Shown: positions 19,737 to 31,393, counted from the first letter of the stretch. The stretch: DNA of 64,000 bases from an uncultured delta proteobacterium (GCA_963785725.1 CAWAWS010000037.1:1-64000), one strand, 5' to 3'. A program made the numbers and translations. Notes: generated from the sequence alone by a model not told the origin.

Positions 19737-20467
19737 GCGCGGTGCCCGACGAAGAAGGCCGACGTGCCGAACGGCAGCGGCAGGCGGCGTAAGAGCGGCA
19801 ATTCGAGGCGAAATAGCTGGGTCAATAGATCATTCCACGGCGCTGGTTTCGTCGAGTGTTCCATGTGCGCGGTGGCTTTGGGCGCGACGCGCTGTAACAG
19901 CCGGGCAGCCAAAGTGGGCGCGAATAGCACGGCATTGAAATAGCCGGCTTCGTCGAGCGCGAAGCCGGCCTTGGTCAATAACGCGCTCAATTGGCGTTTG
20001 ATGTAACGGCGTTTATGATGCGAATAATCGTCGTTGTATCCCCATAAGAAATTGAACGCGGGGACGAAGACGATGACGGTGCCGCCCGGCTTGCAGACGC
20101 GATAGAGCTCGCGCGCGGCCGCCGCGTCGTCGTCGAGGTGCTCGAGGATGTCGAGCGCGCACACGACGTCGAAGGTGGCGTCGGCGAACGGCAAAGGCGC
20201 CGACGCCGACGCGACGACGCGGTCGGTATAAGGACGATCCATCGACAGCGCGAACGAGCCCGGCTCGCGGTCGACGGCAAAGGCGCGGCCGTGGCGCGCG
20301 ATGGCCAACGCCGCGCCGCCGGTGCCGCAGCCGAGATCGAGGATGCGCGCGCGCTGCGGATCGAGCGACAGGCGCGCCAATAGCTGGTCGAGAATGTCGC
20401 GGCGCACCCGATACCACCAGTGCCAATCCTCGACGTCTTTTTGATATGCGTGAAACGAAGCGTCCAT
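19733..20467 (-). CDS. Class I SAM methyltransferase
   Basis: ILDLGCGTG, LDILEHLDDD, HHKRRY. Confidence 0.9.
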   Translation of the reverse strand: MDASFHAYQKDVEDWHWWYRVRRDILDQLLARLSLDPQRARILDLGCGTGGAALAIARHGRAFAVDREPGSFALSMDRPYTDRVVASASAPLPFADATFDVVCALDILEHLDDDAAAARELYRVCKPGGTVIVFVPAFNFLWGYNDDYSHHKRRYIKRQLSALLTKAGFALDEAGYFNAVLFAPTLAARLLQRVAPKATAHMEHSTKPAPWNDLLTQLFRLELPLLRRLPLPFGTSAFFVGHRA

Positions 20468-20477
20468 GGGATATGCT

Positions 20478-21152
20478 TTAACGCCGCTGTAAGAGCACCG
20501 TGGTATAGGGCGCCCAGCCGAGCGGCAGCGTGCCCATGACGCGCGGCAAGGCCGCCTTTTGTGTCACTTCGAAGTGCGCCGTCGCCGCGTTTACGACGTC
20601 GGCGATATCGGAGAAATGGTGATTATCGATATCGGCGAATCCGATGGCGGCAAACGCGGCGTTCATCAGCTTGTGCACCGCCGGACAGCCGATGAGCAGC
20701 TGGCCGCCCGGTTTCAAGACGCGCGCGACGTCGGCGAGCGCGGGTCCGAGCTGCGCCGGCCGGACGTGCTCGAAGATGGAAAAGGCGACGACGGCGTCGA
20801 AGTAACCGTCGGCAAAGGGCAGCGCGCGCACGTCGGCTTGCACCAGCGCCGCCGGCGTGACACCCAGTCGCGCCAAGCGTTCGCGCAGTCCCGGCGATTC
20901 GCGCTCGAGGTCGACGCCATACAGCTCGTCGCACGTCGCGGCCAAGGTCGGCATCAACAGGCCCGAGCCGTAACCGATCTCCAATAAGCGCGAAAAATGG
21001 CCGTTTAGTAAGCGTAAACCGGTATTCAAACGCGCCGCGAAGACGCGACCGACGAGCGGCTTGTAATAATAGGGCAGCGGATCGACGTCGTTATTGGGCT
21101 GCAAAGCGCCGGGCGGCGGCAGCTTCAACGACAGCGATCCCTGCGCCACCAT
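20478..21152 (-). CDS. Class I SAM methyltransferase
   Basis: LLEIGYGSG, LPFADGYFD, VLKPGG. Confidence 0.9.
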   Translation of the reverse strand: MVAQGSLSLKLPPPGALQPNNDVDPLPYYYKPLVGRVFAARLNTGLRLLNGHFSRLLEIGYGSGLLMPTLAATCDELYGVDLERESPGLRERLARLGVTPAALVQADVRALPFADGYFDAVVAFSIFEHVRPAQLGPALADVARVLKPGGQLLIGCPAVHKLMNAAFAAIGFADIDNHHFSDIADVVNAATAHFEVTQKAALPRVMGTLPLGWAPYTTVLLQRR

Positions 21153-22636
21153 CAATATTGGCCTTTGAATTTGCGGAACGCGTGCATCGTCATGCGGCCC
21201 AAGATGGCGCCTTCGCGGAAGCGGCTGATCTTCGTCTCGCCGTAAGTGCGCGCGCGATAACGAATGGGGAGCTCGACGATCTTCAAGTTCTGCTTGGCGG
21301 CGCCGAATAACAGGTCGAAGTCGCCGAAGGGATCGAAGTCGCCGAAGAAGCCGCGCGCGGCCGCGATCTTCTCGTAGTCGCGGCGGAACAGCACCTTCGT
21401 GCCGCACAGCGTGTCTTTTAGGCGCTGCTGCAATATCGCCGATAACGCCAAGCCGAAGAACTTGTTGCCGAGCGAATTGAGGAAGCGCATCGCTTGGCCT
21501 TCCATCGGATAGACGAGGCGCGAGCCGTTGACGAACTCGGCTTTGCCTTCGGCCAGCGCGGCATAAAACTTCGGCAGATCCTCGGGCGGAACCGTCAAGT
21601 CGGCGTCGAGAATGAAGAGGATATCGCCTTTGGCGGCGGCGAATCCTTTACGAACGGCGTCGCCTTTGCCTTTGCCGTCTCCTTGATGAATCAACTTCAG
21701 ATTCGGATGCGTCTTCTCCGCGATATGGCGCTCGATGGCCGCGACCGTGCCGTCGTCCGAGTTGCCGTCGACGAAGATGAGCTCGGTGCCTTTGCCCATA
21801 TCGGGCGTGCGCGCCACGATATCGTCGATATTGCCGCGCTCGTTCTTACAAGGAACGATGACGCTGCACGAATATTCGCGCTCGGGAATCGGCCCGCCGC
21901 CCGCCGCCATTTTGCAGACGAAATATTGCGTCAGCGCGAAATGGCGTAATCCCGGAAGCTGCGCCGCATATTTATTGGCGAGCTCGGCGAATATCGGGAT
22001 CTCGAGGGGAACGAGCTGCGCCGTGCCCGAGCGAACGACCTCCAAATGATTGAGGTCGAGCAGGTTCTCCAGATCCTGCATGCCGAGCCAGTTCTGCTGC
22101 GCGATCGGCATCTTCTGCCCGATTCGCTCGCCCACTTTGAGCAGCGGCTCCCACACGAAATTGTAATAAGTAACCATGATGCGCGTGCGCGGATGACAGA
22201 CGCGGCGCAGCGCGCGAAAGGCGCTCCACACGTCGTACAGCTGACCGACGACGTCGGAGAGCACGACATAATCGAACGTGCGGCCCTGTAATTCGGGCGC
22301 GTCCAGCGTCTCGGCATCGGCGACGACGAACTCGAGCAGCGGATGTTTGGCGCGCGCCTCGTCGATCAACCGCGGCGCCACATCGACGCCGACGCCGCGC
22401 GACGGCTTGAGCGACGCCAACAGATCGCCGGTGCCGCAGCCGATCTCGAGCACGCTGGCGCCGGCGGGAACGACGAAGCGCACGAGCCGCTCGATGGCGC
22501 GATAATAGGCCGAGTTCTTTTGCCGCCAGCCGTCGCGCTCCGCGGCATAACGATCATATTCGGCGATGCGTTGCTGGCGGCGCGCCCATTCCTGCTGCGC
22601 GAAATCGTCGCGGGCGTGGTCTTCGCTGGTGCTCAC
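21152..22636 (-). CDS. Bifunctional SAM methyltransferase / GT2 (polyprenol-phosphate glycosyltransferase-like)
   Basis: [38 protein letters not shown]. Confidence 0.9.
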   Translation of the reverse strand: MSTSEDHARDDFAQQEWARRQQRIAEYDRYAAERDGWRQKNSAYYRAIERLVRFVVPAGASVLEIGCGTGDLLASLKPSRGVGVDVAPRLIDEARAKHPLLEFVVADAETLDAPELQGRTFDYVVLSDVVGQLYDVWSAFRALRRVCHPRTRIMVTYYNFVWEPLLKVGERIGQKMPIAQQNWLGMQDLENLLDLNHLEVVRSGTAQLVPLEIPIFAELANKYAAQLPGLRHFALTQYFVCKMAAGGGPIPEREYSCSVIVPCKNERGNIDDIVARTPDMGKGTELIFVDGNSDDGTVAAIERHIAEKTHPNLKLIHQGDGKGKGDAVRKGFAAAKGDILFILDADLTVPPEDLPKFYAALAEGKAEFVNGSRLVYPMEGQAMRFLNSLGNKFFGLALSAILQQRLKDTLCGTKVLFRRDYEKIAAARGFFGDFDPFGDFDLLFGAAKQNLKIVELPIRYRARTYGETKISRFREGAILGRMTMHAFRKFKGQY

Positions 22637-23646
22637 GAATGGCGCTCGCTATCGCCGCGATCGCCGCGTTTCTCGATATGCGCCAAGTCGGCGTCGACCA
22701 TCATTTTCACCAGCTCGGAAAACTTCACTTTCGGCTCCCACTTCAATATCGTTTTTGCTTTCGTCATATCGCCGCGCAATTCGTCGACTTCGGCGGGGCG
22801 GAAATAGCGCGGATCGATCTCGACATACTTCTTCCAGTCGAGCTGGAGATGACCGAACGCTTCGTCCAAGAAGTCGCGCACCGTGTGGCATTGACCGGTG
22901 GCGATGACGAAATCGTCCGGCTTTTCCTGCTGCAACATGAGCCACATCGCTTCCACGTAATCGCCGGCGAAGCCCCAATCGCGCTTGGCGTCGAGGTTGC
23001 CGAGGAACAGCTTTTGCTGCAGGCCGAGCTTGATGCGGGCGACGGCGCGCGTGATCTTGCGCGACACGAACGTCTCACCGCGGCGCGGCGACTCGTGATT
23101 GAAGAGAATGCCGTTGCACGCGAACATGCCGTAAGACTCGCGATAATTGACGGTAATCCAATATGAATAGAGCTTGGCGACGGCATAGGGAGAGCGCGGA
23201 TGAAATACCGTCTTTTCCGACTGCGGCGCCGGCGAGCTGCCGAATAATTCGGAGGACGACGCCTGGTAAAAGCGCGGCTGAATCCCGCTTTCGCGGATCG
23301 CTTCCAATAAGCGCACCGTGCCCATTCCGGTGATCTCGCCGGTATATTCGGGCACGTCGAACGACACGCGCACGTGCGATTGCGCGCCCAAATTGTAGAT
23401 CTCGTCCGGCTTGACCGTGCGCAGGATGCGATTCAACGACGACGCGTCATTCAGATCGCCGTAGACGAGGCGCAGGCGATAATCGGGATCGTGCGGATCT
23501 TGATAGATGTCGTCCAAGCGCTCGGTATTCAGCGACGACGAGCGGCGCACGATGCCGTGCACTTCGTAGCCTTTGGCGAGCAGCAGCTCGGCGAGATAAG
23601 AGCCATCTTGCCCGGTGATTCCGGTGATCAGCGCGCGCTTGTTCAT
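22633..23646 (-). CDS. gmd: GDP-mannose 4,6-dehydratase
   Basis: [38 protein letters not shown]. Confidence 0.97.
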   Translation of the reverse strand: MNKRALITGITGQDGSYLAELLLAKGYEVHGIVRRSSSLNTERLDDIYQDPHDPDYRLRLVYGDLNDASSLNRILRTVKPDEIYNLGAQSHVRVSFDVPEYTGEITGMGTVRLLEAIRESGIQPRFYQASSSELFGSSPAPQSEKTVFHPRSPYAVAKLYSYWITVNYRESYGMFACNGILFNHESPRRGETFVSRKITRAVARIKLGLQQKLFLGNLDAKRDWGFAGDYVEAMWLMLQQEKPDDFVIATGQCHTVRDFLDEAFGHLQLDWKKYVEIDPRYFRPAEVDELRGDMTKAKTILKWEPKVKFSELVKMMVDADLAHIEKRGDRGDSERHS

Positions 23647-24584
23647 GATTGCTCTTTCCACCAACGGATCGTCTTCTGTAAGCCGCTCTCCAACGTCGTT
23701 TGCGCCTGCCAATGCAAGAGGGTCTTGGCGCGTTCGACCGCCAACCGGCGGCGCGGCTGTCCGTTGGGCTTGGAGGCGTCATAAACGAAACGCCCGCGAT
23801 AGTCCATCAATCGCCCGATGAGCTGCGCCAAGTCGGCGATGGCGATCTCGCGGCCGCTGCCGAGATTGATCGGCAATGAACCGTCATAGACTTCGCACGC
23901 CGCCAAAATGCCCTGCGCGCAATCTTCGACGTAAAGGAATTCGCGTGTCGGCGTGCCGTCGCCCCAAATGGTGACGTCGCCGTGGCCGCTTTGAATCGCG
24001 CTGTCGATCTTGCGAATCAGCGCCGGAATGACGTGCGACGACTGCAGATCGAAGTTGTCGTGCGGACCGTAAAGATTGACCGGAAATACGATGACCGAAT
24101 TGAAGTCATATTGTTCGCGATACGCTTGCGACTGCACCAAGAGCATCTTCTTGGCCAGCCCGTAAGGCGCATTGGTCTCTTCGGGATAGCCGTTCCATAA
24201 GTCGTCCTCTTGGAACGGCACCGGCGTGAATTTCGGATAGGCGCAGATCGTGCCGGCGGCGACGAGCTTCGGCAGCTTGCGGCGCCGGCCCTCTTCGATG
24301 AGCTGCACGCCCATCATCAGGTTGTCGTAGAAGTATTTGCCGGGGTTCTCGCGGTTGGCGCCGATGCCGCCGACTTGCGCCGCCAAGTGGATCAGCAAGT
24401 CGGGCCGCGCGTCGTCGTAGAGCTTACGAACGGCGCTCATCTCCGTCAGGTCGTAGTCGCGCGAGCGCGGCACGATGACGTCGCGACAGCCGCGCGCGCG
24501 CAGCCCGGCGACGACGAATTGGCCGAGAAAACCGGCGCCGCCGGTGACGACGACGCGCTTGTCGCCGAAGAAGCCGCCGCTCAT
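23643..24584 (-). CDS. fcl: GDP-L-fucose synthase
   Basis: [32 protein letters not shown]. Confidence 0.95.
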   Translation of the reverse strand: MSGGFFGDKRVVVTGGAGFLGQFVVAGLRARGCRDVIVPRSRDYDLTEMSAVRKLYDDARPDLLIHLAAQVGGIGANRENPGKYFYDNLMMGVQLIEEGRRRKLPKLVAAGTICAYPKFTPVPFQEDDLWNGYPEETNAPYGLAKKMLLVQSQAYREQYDFNSVIVFPVNLYGPHDNFDLQSSHVIPALIRKIDSAIQSGHGDVTIWGDGTPTREFLYVEDCAQGILAACEVYDGSLPINLGSGREIAIADLAQLIGRLMDYRGRFVYDASKPNGQPRRRLAVERAKTLLHWQAQTTLESGLQKTIRWWKEQS

Positions 24585-25318
24585 GGAACCTCCGGTCGCA
24601 ACGCTTCGAAGACGAGGTACATCCAGGCGCGCTCGGGAACGAGCCGGCGGGCCAACGCGTCGACGGCGGCGAGCGCGCGTTCCACGACCGGCAGCGACGC
24701 CAACTGCGGCAGGCCCATCGTCGGATGCAGCAAGATGCGCTCGAGCGGCAGCGGCTGCTCGTAGCTGTGGCGCGCGACCACGAAGCCGGCCTCGGCGAGC
24801 TGCCCGCCGAGGCGCGCCGTCGTCGAGCGCAGCACCGCGCGCTCGGCCGGAATCAGCGCCGCCTGGGCCCAAATGAGCGGCGAATTGCGGTTGGGCTCGA
24901 CGAGCAGGAGGCGGCCGCCCGGCTTGAGCACGCGGCGCGCCTCGGCGAGCACCTCCGCCGGCGCCGGAACATGATGCAAGACGTCGCGAATCAGCACGGC
25001 GTCGAAGCCGCCGTCCGCGAACGGCAGCCGCGCCCCGTCGGCGGTGACCGTTGCCGCGCCGGTGGCGTTGCGGGCGAAGCTGGCTTTTTCGCAGGAGAAG
25101 TCGACGCCGAAACGGAGCGCCCCTTCGTCGCGCAAGTGGTGCAGGTTCGCGCCTTCGCCGCAGCCGATCTCGAGCAGCCGCTCACCGGCGCGCGCAAGAA
25201 CGCGCTGCGCCAACGCCGCTTCCCGCCGCGCCAACACCGGGTTGCGCGTCTGCCAATCGAAGCGTGTGGCATCGGCGCCGCGCCAGTAAGTCTGCTGCCT
25301 ATGCACGAAGTCGTTCAT
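24581..25318 (-). CDS. Class I SAM methyltransferase
   Basis: [22 protein letters not shown]. Confidence 0.88.
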   Translation of the reverse strand: MNDFVHRQQTYWRGADATRFDWQTRNPVLARREAALAQRVLARAGERLLEIGCGEGANLHHLRDEGALRFGVDFSCEKASFARNATGAATVTADGARLPFADGGFDAVLIRDVLHHVPAPAEVLAEARRVLKPGGRLLLVEPNRNSPLIWAQAALIPAERAVLRSTTARLGGQLAEAGFVVARHSYEQPLPLERILLHPTMGLPQLASLPVVERALAAVDALARRLVPERAWMYLVFEALRPEVP

Positions 25319-25512
25319 GATTTCTGTGGCGTCGGTCCTACCATTTCGGCCGAGAACCATAGCACACCGAGGTACGCCGAGCGGCGGGACACACGCTCAG
25401 AAGGTGTGACATGTGGACTTGTCGGTTCGCGTCACCGCTGGTAGATTCGCCCGCGGTAGAAGCTACTTGTGCTCGCTCGGGGGACGAAGGTTTGACCGCG
25501 AACGCCTTGAAG

Positions 25513-26262
25513 ATGCCCATTCCTGACGCCGCTGCTTCGATCGTACGCCTCTCAGTCGTCATTCCTGCGTACAACGAGGCGGGCCGGATCGAGCGCACGC
25601 TCGATCATACGGTCGCGTTCTTGGAAGGGCGCAAGGAGACGTGGGAGATCGTCGTCGCCGATGACGGCTCGCGCGATCACACGCCCGAGATCGTGCAGCG
25701 CTACATCAGCCAGCACGGCGATCAGCGCGTGCGCTTGGTGGCGCTGCCGCAGAATCGCGGCAAAGGCGCGGCCTTGCGCGCCGGCGTCGCCGCCAGCCGC
25801 GGCCTGCGCGTGCTCATCATGGACGCCGATCTGGCGACGCCGATCGAGGAATTGGCGGCGCTCGAGCGCGCGCTCGACGACGGCTTCCGCGTCGCCACCG
25901 GCTCGCGCGCCGTCGCCAGCGCCAACGTGACGCGGCCGCAGTCGGCGCTGCGCGTGCTCATGGGTCGCGCCGGCAACCTGTGGATTCGCTCGCTCGCCGT
26001 GCCCGGCGTCCACGACACGCAGTGCGGCTTCAAGCTCTTCGACGGCGACATCGGCCGCAAGCTGTTCGCGATGGCGCACGAAGATCGCTTCGGCATCGAC
26101 ATCGAGGTCTTGTGCTTGGCGCGCCGGCGCTTGTCGCTGCCGATCGCGGAGATCGGCGTGCGCTGGGAGCACCAAGAAGGCTCGAAAGTGAAGTGGCGCG
26201 ACTACGTCGACGTCTTCGTCAAAGTGCCGCGCATCGTCTGGTCCGTCCTGACCCAGAGCTAG
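25513..26262 (+). CDS. Dolichyl-phosphate beta-glucosyltransferase-like GT2
   Basis: SVVIPAYNE, DDGS, NRGKG, DADLATP, DTQCGFKLF. Confidence 0.9.
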   Translation: MPIPDAAASIVRLSVVIPAYNEAGRIERTLDHTVAFLEGRKETWEIVVADDGSRDHTPEIVQRYISQHGDQRVRLVALPQNRGKGAALRAGVAASRGLRVLIMDADLATPIEELAALERALDDGFRVATGSRAVASANVTRPQSALRVLMGRAGNLWIRSLAVPGVHDTQCGFKLFDGDIGRKLFAMAHEDRFGIDIEVLCLARRRLSLPIAEIGVRWEHQEGSKVKWRDYVDVFVKVPRIVWSVLTQS

Positions 26263-26334
26263 TACCTTGGCGTCCTTCCTCTTTTGTTCGACTTGGCCGC
26301 GTTCAACTCATTATTGTCCCGCCCGAGCTCGTCG

Positions 26335-27897
26335 ATGCGCCAGCTTCATCAACTGAAGCGGCTCTTTCTCGCCGCGGGCGGTTTGCCGCTCATTTGGATC
26401 ACGCTGACGATCGTCGCGCTCGTTCCCATCTGGCATCAGCGGCTGTTGCCGCATCTCGATACGCCCAATCATCTGGCGCTCATTCGCGCGTGGCACAGCT
26501 ATCACGACCCGTCGTACCAGATCGCCGACAGCTACAACCTGCGCGTGCGGCCGGTGCCCTATTTCCTGTTCTATTTCACGGTCCACATGTTGATGTACGT
26601 GGTCAACATCGAGGTCGCGAACAAGCTCTTTCTGTCCGCTTACATCGTGCTCTATCCGCTGGCGATTCTGTCGCTGGCGCGCGCGCTCAAGCGTTCGCCG
26701 TGGCTGGCGCTGGGCGGCTTTTTGCTCGCGTTCAACCAGAACTGGATCTACGGCTTCTCGTCGTTCCTCATGGGCACGACGTTCCTGTTCTTCTCGCTGG
26801 CGGCGCTGCTGCGGCTGCTCGACGACGGCCGACCGCGCGACGCCTGGGCGCTCGGCATCCATTGTCTCTTTTGCTACTTCAGCCACGTCGAGGCCTGGGT
26901 CTGCTTCGGCATCGCCGCCATCAGCATGCTCGTGCTCTATCGGCGCTCTTGGCGGCGCGGGCTCATCGCGTCGGCGGCGATGTTGCCGTCGGTGATGTTC
27001 GCCGTCGCCGCCTACTTCGAAGAGCGCCACGACCGCTCCTACTTCCACAACGGCGACGGGCTCGGTGCGCTCAGCGGCAGCTGGCGCGACTTCCCGACGG
27101 CGATCCTGGAGTTCCCGCGCCGCGTGATGGAGCTGTTTCCCGGGAACATCGACCGCTACATCCTCGTCATTCTCACGCTCACTGTGCTCGCGATCGGCAT
27201 TCGACAGGGCACGACGCTCGCCGAAGACGGCGCCCCGCAGCGTAAGCGGCTGTGGACGCTGCTCGTGGTCTGGCTCGTCGTCTATGTGTCGCTGCCGTAT
27301 CAGATCTTCAAGCCGATGGCGTGGTGGTACGTCTCACCGCGCGTGCCGGCGATGATGGCGCCGCTCCTGTTGCTGCTCCCGGCTTTGCCGTCGGTGCGCG
27401 GCTGGCAGCGCCTATGGTTCGTGCTCATCATCGTGTGCGCGATCGGGTTGCCGCTGCAGCTGGCGCATTTGTACGCGGGGTTCAGCCAGCGCAACGCGCC
27501 GTTCATGAAGCTCGTGTCGGGGCTGCCGCGCGGCGCCAGGGTCATGGTCGTCGTGCGCAACATGATGCGCGGGCCGGGCTCGGAGGAGCTCAGCGGCGAT
27601 CCGTCGTCGAGCGCGCCGGTCTATTGGCACTTCTCGTCGTGGCCGATGGCGCTCAACGGCGGCTATAGTCCGTACTTGTTCGACCAAGGCATTCCGGTGA
27701 CGCCGAAGCACAAGCTGAAGGCGCCGCCGTGGCAGAACACGGACACCTTCGACATTCGTCAGGCGCCCGACTTCGAGTACTACTTGGTGCGCGATCCGAC
27801 CGACGAGCTCGAGCGCGAGCCGTCGCTGAAGCTGGCCGACAAAGCTGGCAATTGGGCGCTGTTCAAGCGCATCTACAAGTCGACGGACGAGCCATGA
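26335..27897 (+). CDS. Polytopic membrane protein, predicted GT-C (paralogue 1 of 4)
   Basis: PHLDTPNHLA after first TM, ~10 TM, soluble C-terminus. Confidence 0.7.
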   Translation: MRQLHQLKRLFLAAGGLPLIWITLTIVALVPIWHQRLLPHLDTPNHLALIRAWHSYHDPSYQIADSYNLRVRPVPYFLFYFTVHMLMYVVNIEVANKLFLSAYIVLYPLAILSLARALKRSPWLALGGFLLAFNQNWIYGFSSFLMGTTFLFFSLAALLRLLDDGRPRDAWALGIHCLFCYFSHVEAWVCFGIAAISMLVLYRRSWRRGLIASAAMLPSVMFAVAAYFEERHDRSYFHNGDGLGALSGSWRDFPTAILEFPRRVMELFPGNIDRYILVILTLTVLAIGIRQGTTLAEDGAPQRKRLWTLLVVWLVVYVSLPYQIFKPMAWWYVSPRVPAMMAPLLLLLPALPSVRGWQRLWFVLIIVCAIGLPLQLAHLYAGFSQRNAPFMKLVSGLPRGARVMVVVRNMMRGPGSEELSGDPSSSAPVYWHFSSWPMALNGGYSPYLFDQGIPVTPKHKLKAPPWQNTDTFDIRQAPDFEYYLVRDPTDELEREPSLKLADKAGNWALFKRIYKSTDEP

Positions 27898-29579
27898 CGG
27901 CCGGCGCGCCGAGCCAGTGGCGACGGCGCGTGGCGTGGGCGGCGATTGCCGCGACGCTGCTCGTGACGGCGGCGACGTCGCTGTGGCCGCTCACGCGCAG
28001 CTACTGGTATCAAAACCACGACATGGTGGCCTATCCCGTGCGCGTGCTCGAGTATGTCGGCGCGTGGCGTGCGGGCGCGATTTGGCCGCGCTGGGCGCCC
28101 GACCTCTACGAAGGCTACGGCTGCGCGTTCTTCAACTTCTACGCGCCCGGCGTGTTCGTCATCGCCGGCGTGCCGCTCCTCTTGGGCGCCAAGGCGGCGA
28201 CGGCGCTCAAGCTGGCGATCCTCGTCTTCACGCTCGCCGGCTTCGCCGGCATCTTCGGCTTCGTCTGGTCCGAGACGCGCCGCGCCGACGCCGCGCTCTT
28301 GGCGACGCTGATCTTCGGCGTCTACCCCTATCACGCGACGCAGCTGTTCGTGCGCGGCGACTTGGCGGAATACAGCGCCGGCTGCGTGGCGCCGCTGGTC
28401 TTTTGGGCCTATCGCGCGCTCGCTCGCGCGCCGGCGGAGCGCGCCTTGCGCGTCGGCTGTACCGCGGCCGGTCTGCACGCGGCGACGCTCTTGACGCACA
28501 CGCTGACCGGTCAATGGGTGACCGAGCTCCTGTTCCTGCTCGTCGTCTATCAAGCGCAGCGCGCCTGGCGCGGCGGCGATCGTTGGCGCGCGCTCCTGTT
28601 CGTCGTCGTCTTCGGTGGCGGCTGCGGCTTGACGTCGATCTACGCGCTGCCGGCGCTCTTGGAACGGCCGCTCGTCCACATCGAGCGGATGACCCAAGGC
28701 GGCCTGGCGACGATGCGCAACTTCATCGACGCCGCTTGGGTGACGACGCCCGGCTTCTTTTTCGTCGGGCGCGCGATTCTGCTGACGCCGTTCGTGGCCA
28801 TCGCCGCCTGCCTGCGGCGGCGGCGCCCGCTCGCCCTGCCGCTCGTGCTGGCGACGGTGACGCTGGTGCTCGGCGCCCTGATGTTGCGCTTCGCGATGCC
28901 GCTGTGGCGCTGGCTGCCGTTCGCCGAATACATACAGTTTCCGTGGCGCTTGCTCAGCTTCATCGGCGTCTTCGGCGCGCTGGCGTGGGGCGTGGCGGCC
29001 GCCGAGCTGTTGCCGCGGCGCGCGCGCATCGCCTGGCCGATCGTGGCGCTCGTGGCGCTGGCGATCGGCTGGGACTCGCGCCGCGGCTTCCCCGACACGC
29101 AGCCGCCGATGGCCGAAGCCGACGTGCCGGCTTCGACGGCGCAGATCGCGCGCGAATGGCACAGCACCGTCGTTTCCGACGAGTATCTGCCGCGCGGCAC
29201 GCCCAAGCCGAGCCCGCGACCGGGCTTCTTCGTCGGGCAGTCCGACGCCGCCGTCGACTCCATCTTGCGCTCGGGGCTCGGCTACAAGCTCGACGTCGGC
29301 GGCGAGGCCGGCAGCACCGTCGATCTGCACGCGCTGTGGTATCCCGGCTGGCAAGTCGAGACGCGCTCGGGGCCGACGGCGGCGCAGCTCGGCCGCTCAC
29401 GGCAAGGGCTCGTGCAGCTGACGCTGCCGCAGAAGGGCTACTACGGCCTGCGCGTCACCTTCGGCCTGACGCCGCTGCGTCTCGTGGCGACGCTGCTGTC
29501 GTGGCTGTCGCTGGCGCTGTTGGTGGCGTCGCTGTGGTGGCTGCGGCGCCGGCTGCGCGCGCCGCTCGCGATCGCATGA
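27894..29579 (+). CDS. PTPS-related/YfhO-like membrane protein (GT-C)
   Basis: HD...WPRWAPDLYEGYG...FYAP, RGDLAE, QFPWR, EYLP, WYPGW. Confidence 0.75.
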   Translation: MTAGAPSQWRRRVAWAAIAATLLVTAATSLWPLTRSYWYQNHDMVAYPVRVLEYVGAWRAGAIWPRWAPDLYEGYGCAFFNFYAPGVFVIAGVPLLLGAKAATALKLAILVFTLAGFAGIFGFVWSETRRADAALLATLIFGVYPYHATQLFVRGDLAEYSAGCVAPLVFWAYRALARAPAERALRVGCTAAGLHAATLLTHTLTGQWVTELLFLLVVYQAQRAWRGGDRWRALLFVVVFGGGCGLTSIYALPALLERPLVHIERMTQGGLATMRNFIDAAWVTTPGFFFVGRAILLTPFVAIAACLRRRRPLALPLVLATVTLVLGALMLRFAMPLWRWLPFAEYIQFPWRLLSFIGVFGALAWGVAAAELLPRRARIAWPIVALVALAIGWDSRRGFPDTQPPMAEADVPASTAQIAREWHSTVVSDEYLPRGTPKPSPRPGFFVGQSDAAVDSILRSGLGYKLDVGGEAGSTVDLHALWYPGWQVETRSGPTAAQLGRSRQGLVQLTLPQKGYYGLRVTFGLTPLRLVATLLSWLSLALLVASLWWLRRRLRAPLAIA

Positions 29580-31393
29580 GCGCGCCCGTGCCGTCGCGTT
29601 GGGCGCGCGTCAGGGGCGCGATCGAGCGCGCGGTCGATCGCGTGCAAGGCGCGCCGCTGCCGCCGGCCGACTGGCTCGTCGACGGCTGGCCGCGCGCGTT
29701 CGTGCTGCCGCTCTTGCTCGTGCTGCCGTTTCTCTTGTCGGGCTTCGTGCGGACGACGCTCGGCTGGCCGCTGTCGTGGTCGCTCTTGCCGGCGCTGCCG
29801 CTGTCGTTGCCGGCGATCTGGCCCTTCGTCACGTCGTGGCGCGCGGCGCGCGGCCGCTCGCAAGGCGACGCCTGGGCGACGATCGTGCCGCTCGTCGTCG
29901 CCGTCGCGTCGGTGCTGCTGCTCTACAACCGCGCCTTCGCCGGCCTGACCAACTACGTCGGCGCCGACGGCGGCGTCCACGCCTATTACGCGCAGCGCTT
30001 CGCCGAGGTGCCCGACACCTACGAGCGCTTCATCTCGATGTACGCGATCATCTATTGGATCGAGCACCTCGGGCGCACGAACATTTTCTGGGGCTTCTGC
30101 GGCGTCTTTTATGCCGGCGTCGTCGTCGTCGCGGTCGTGCCTTCTCTCGTCGCGGCGGCGGCGCAGGCGTCGTTGGCGCGCACGCGCGCGGCCGCGGCCG
30201 CCGGTCGCCTCGCCGGCGCGGCGGCGGCGCTGGCGATCGCGTGGTACGTGATCTTACCGCAGCAGAATTATCACCAGACCGACGGCTTCTTCGTGCACCT
30301 GTTCGGCCTCGTGCCGCTGTTCGGGCTGTGGCTGGTGGACGCGACGACGAACGCGCGGCTGTGGCGCTGGCTGTGGATCGCCGCCGGCGCCGCCCTCTAT
30401 CGCTTCACGTACGGCATCAACTTGGCCGACCTGGCGCTGGCGCTGAGCGCGCTCGCCGTCGCCGACAGCTTCGGGACCGGCGTTCCGACGTGGCTGCGCT
30501 GGCCGCTGCGCGCGTCGCCCGTCTTCGCCTTCTTCGCGGCGCGGCTGTTCTTTCGGCAGCTGGTGCCGCTCATGCGCGCCTACGGCTGGTTCGTCGCCTA
30601 CAAGCTCGACGTCGTGCTCGCGGCCGAGGCGCTGGTGGCGCTGACGCTCGGCCTCGTCGTGGCGCTGCTCGTGCGCAGCCGGGCGTCGGTGGCGGCGCGC
30701 GCGCTCCGGCTGCCGCTGGCCTTCGTCGCCGCCAACTGGGCCGACGCGCGCTATCTCCAGCACCTGAAGCCGCCCGAGCCCTATTATCTCTTGAAGTATC
30801 CGATTCACGGCGTCGTGTTGGGCGCGGCGGCGCTCGTGGTCGTGGTGACGCTGGCGGCGGTGCTCGTCGTCGATGCGCTGGCGACCAAGCCGCGCACGCT
30901 CGCGTCGCTCGCCGTCGGCGTCGTCGCGCTGGCGCTGGCGACGCGCGGCATCCAGCAGTGGCGCGTCGGCTTTCGGCCCTTCTGGCCGCTGTTCGAAGAG
31001 CGCGTCCTGCGGCACGCGCCCTATCGCACCACGCGGCCGCTGGCCGATCTGGCGGCCTGGCCGCGCATCGAGCAGGTGCTCAAGCGGCAAAACAAGCAGT
31101 TCGGCGGCTACCTCACGTCGTGGTGGCCGATGTTCAACTTCATGAACGCCGCCTTCGGCTATTACAACGGCGGCCGACGCTTTTGGGATCACGGCTTCGC
31201 CAAACACGAGCCCGGCTATTGCGTCTTTTGGGACCGCGGCAAAGTCGATTGGTGGTCCGGCCGTAACGACTTCACGTCGGCGCTGTCGTTCGACGTGAGC
31301 CAGCTCGAGCAGCGCGGGCCGCAAGAGTGCATCGGCTATCGCGCGCACTGGAACCGTTCGATCGAGCGCACGCTCTGTTACGTCTGCCAATAG
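29576..31393 (+). CDS. Polytopic membrane protein, possible GT-C
   Basis: GADGGVH acidic loop, many TM helices; ATGA-coupled to upstream gene. Confidence 0.55.
   Translation: MSAPVPSRWARVRGAIERAVDRVQGAPLPPADWLVDGWPRAFVLPLLLVLPFLLSGFVRTTLGWPLSWSLLPALPLSLPAIWPFVTSWRAARGRSQGDAWATIVPLVVAVASVLLLYNRAFAGLTNYVGADGGVHAYYAQRFAEVPDTYERFISMYAIIYWIEHLGRTNIFWGFCGVFYAGVVVVAVVPSLVAAAAQASLARTRAAAAAGRLAGAAAALAIAWYVILPQQNYHQTDGFFVHLFGLVPLFGLWLVDATTNARLWRWLWIAAGAALYRFTYGINLADLALALSALAVADSFGTGVPTWLRWPLRASPVFAFFAARLFFRQLVPLMRAYGWFVAYKLDVVLAAEALVALTLGLVVALLVRSRASVAARALRLPLAFVAANWADARYLQHLKPPEPYYLLKYPIHGVVLGAAALVVVVTLAAVLVVDALATKPRTLASLAVGVVALALATRGIQQWRVGFRPFWPLFEERVLRHAPYRTTRPLADLAAWPRIEQVLKRQNKQFGGYLTSWWPMFNFMNAAFGYYNGGRRFWDHGFAKHEPGYCVFWDRGKVDWWSGRNDFTSALSFDVSQLEQRGPQECIGYRAHWNRSIERTLCYVCQ

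Noticed and set aside
27917..31393. 1158-aa ORF and other long Arg/Ala-rich or antisense ORFs (e.g. 9978-12224, 59336-62290)
   Set aside because: Shadow frames of GC-rich coding DNA; the real gene starts at 29576
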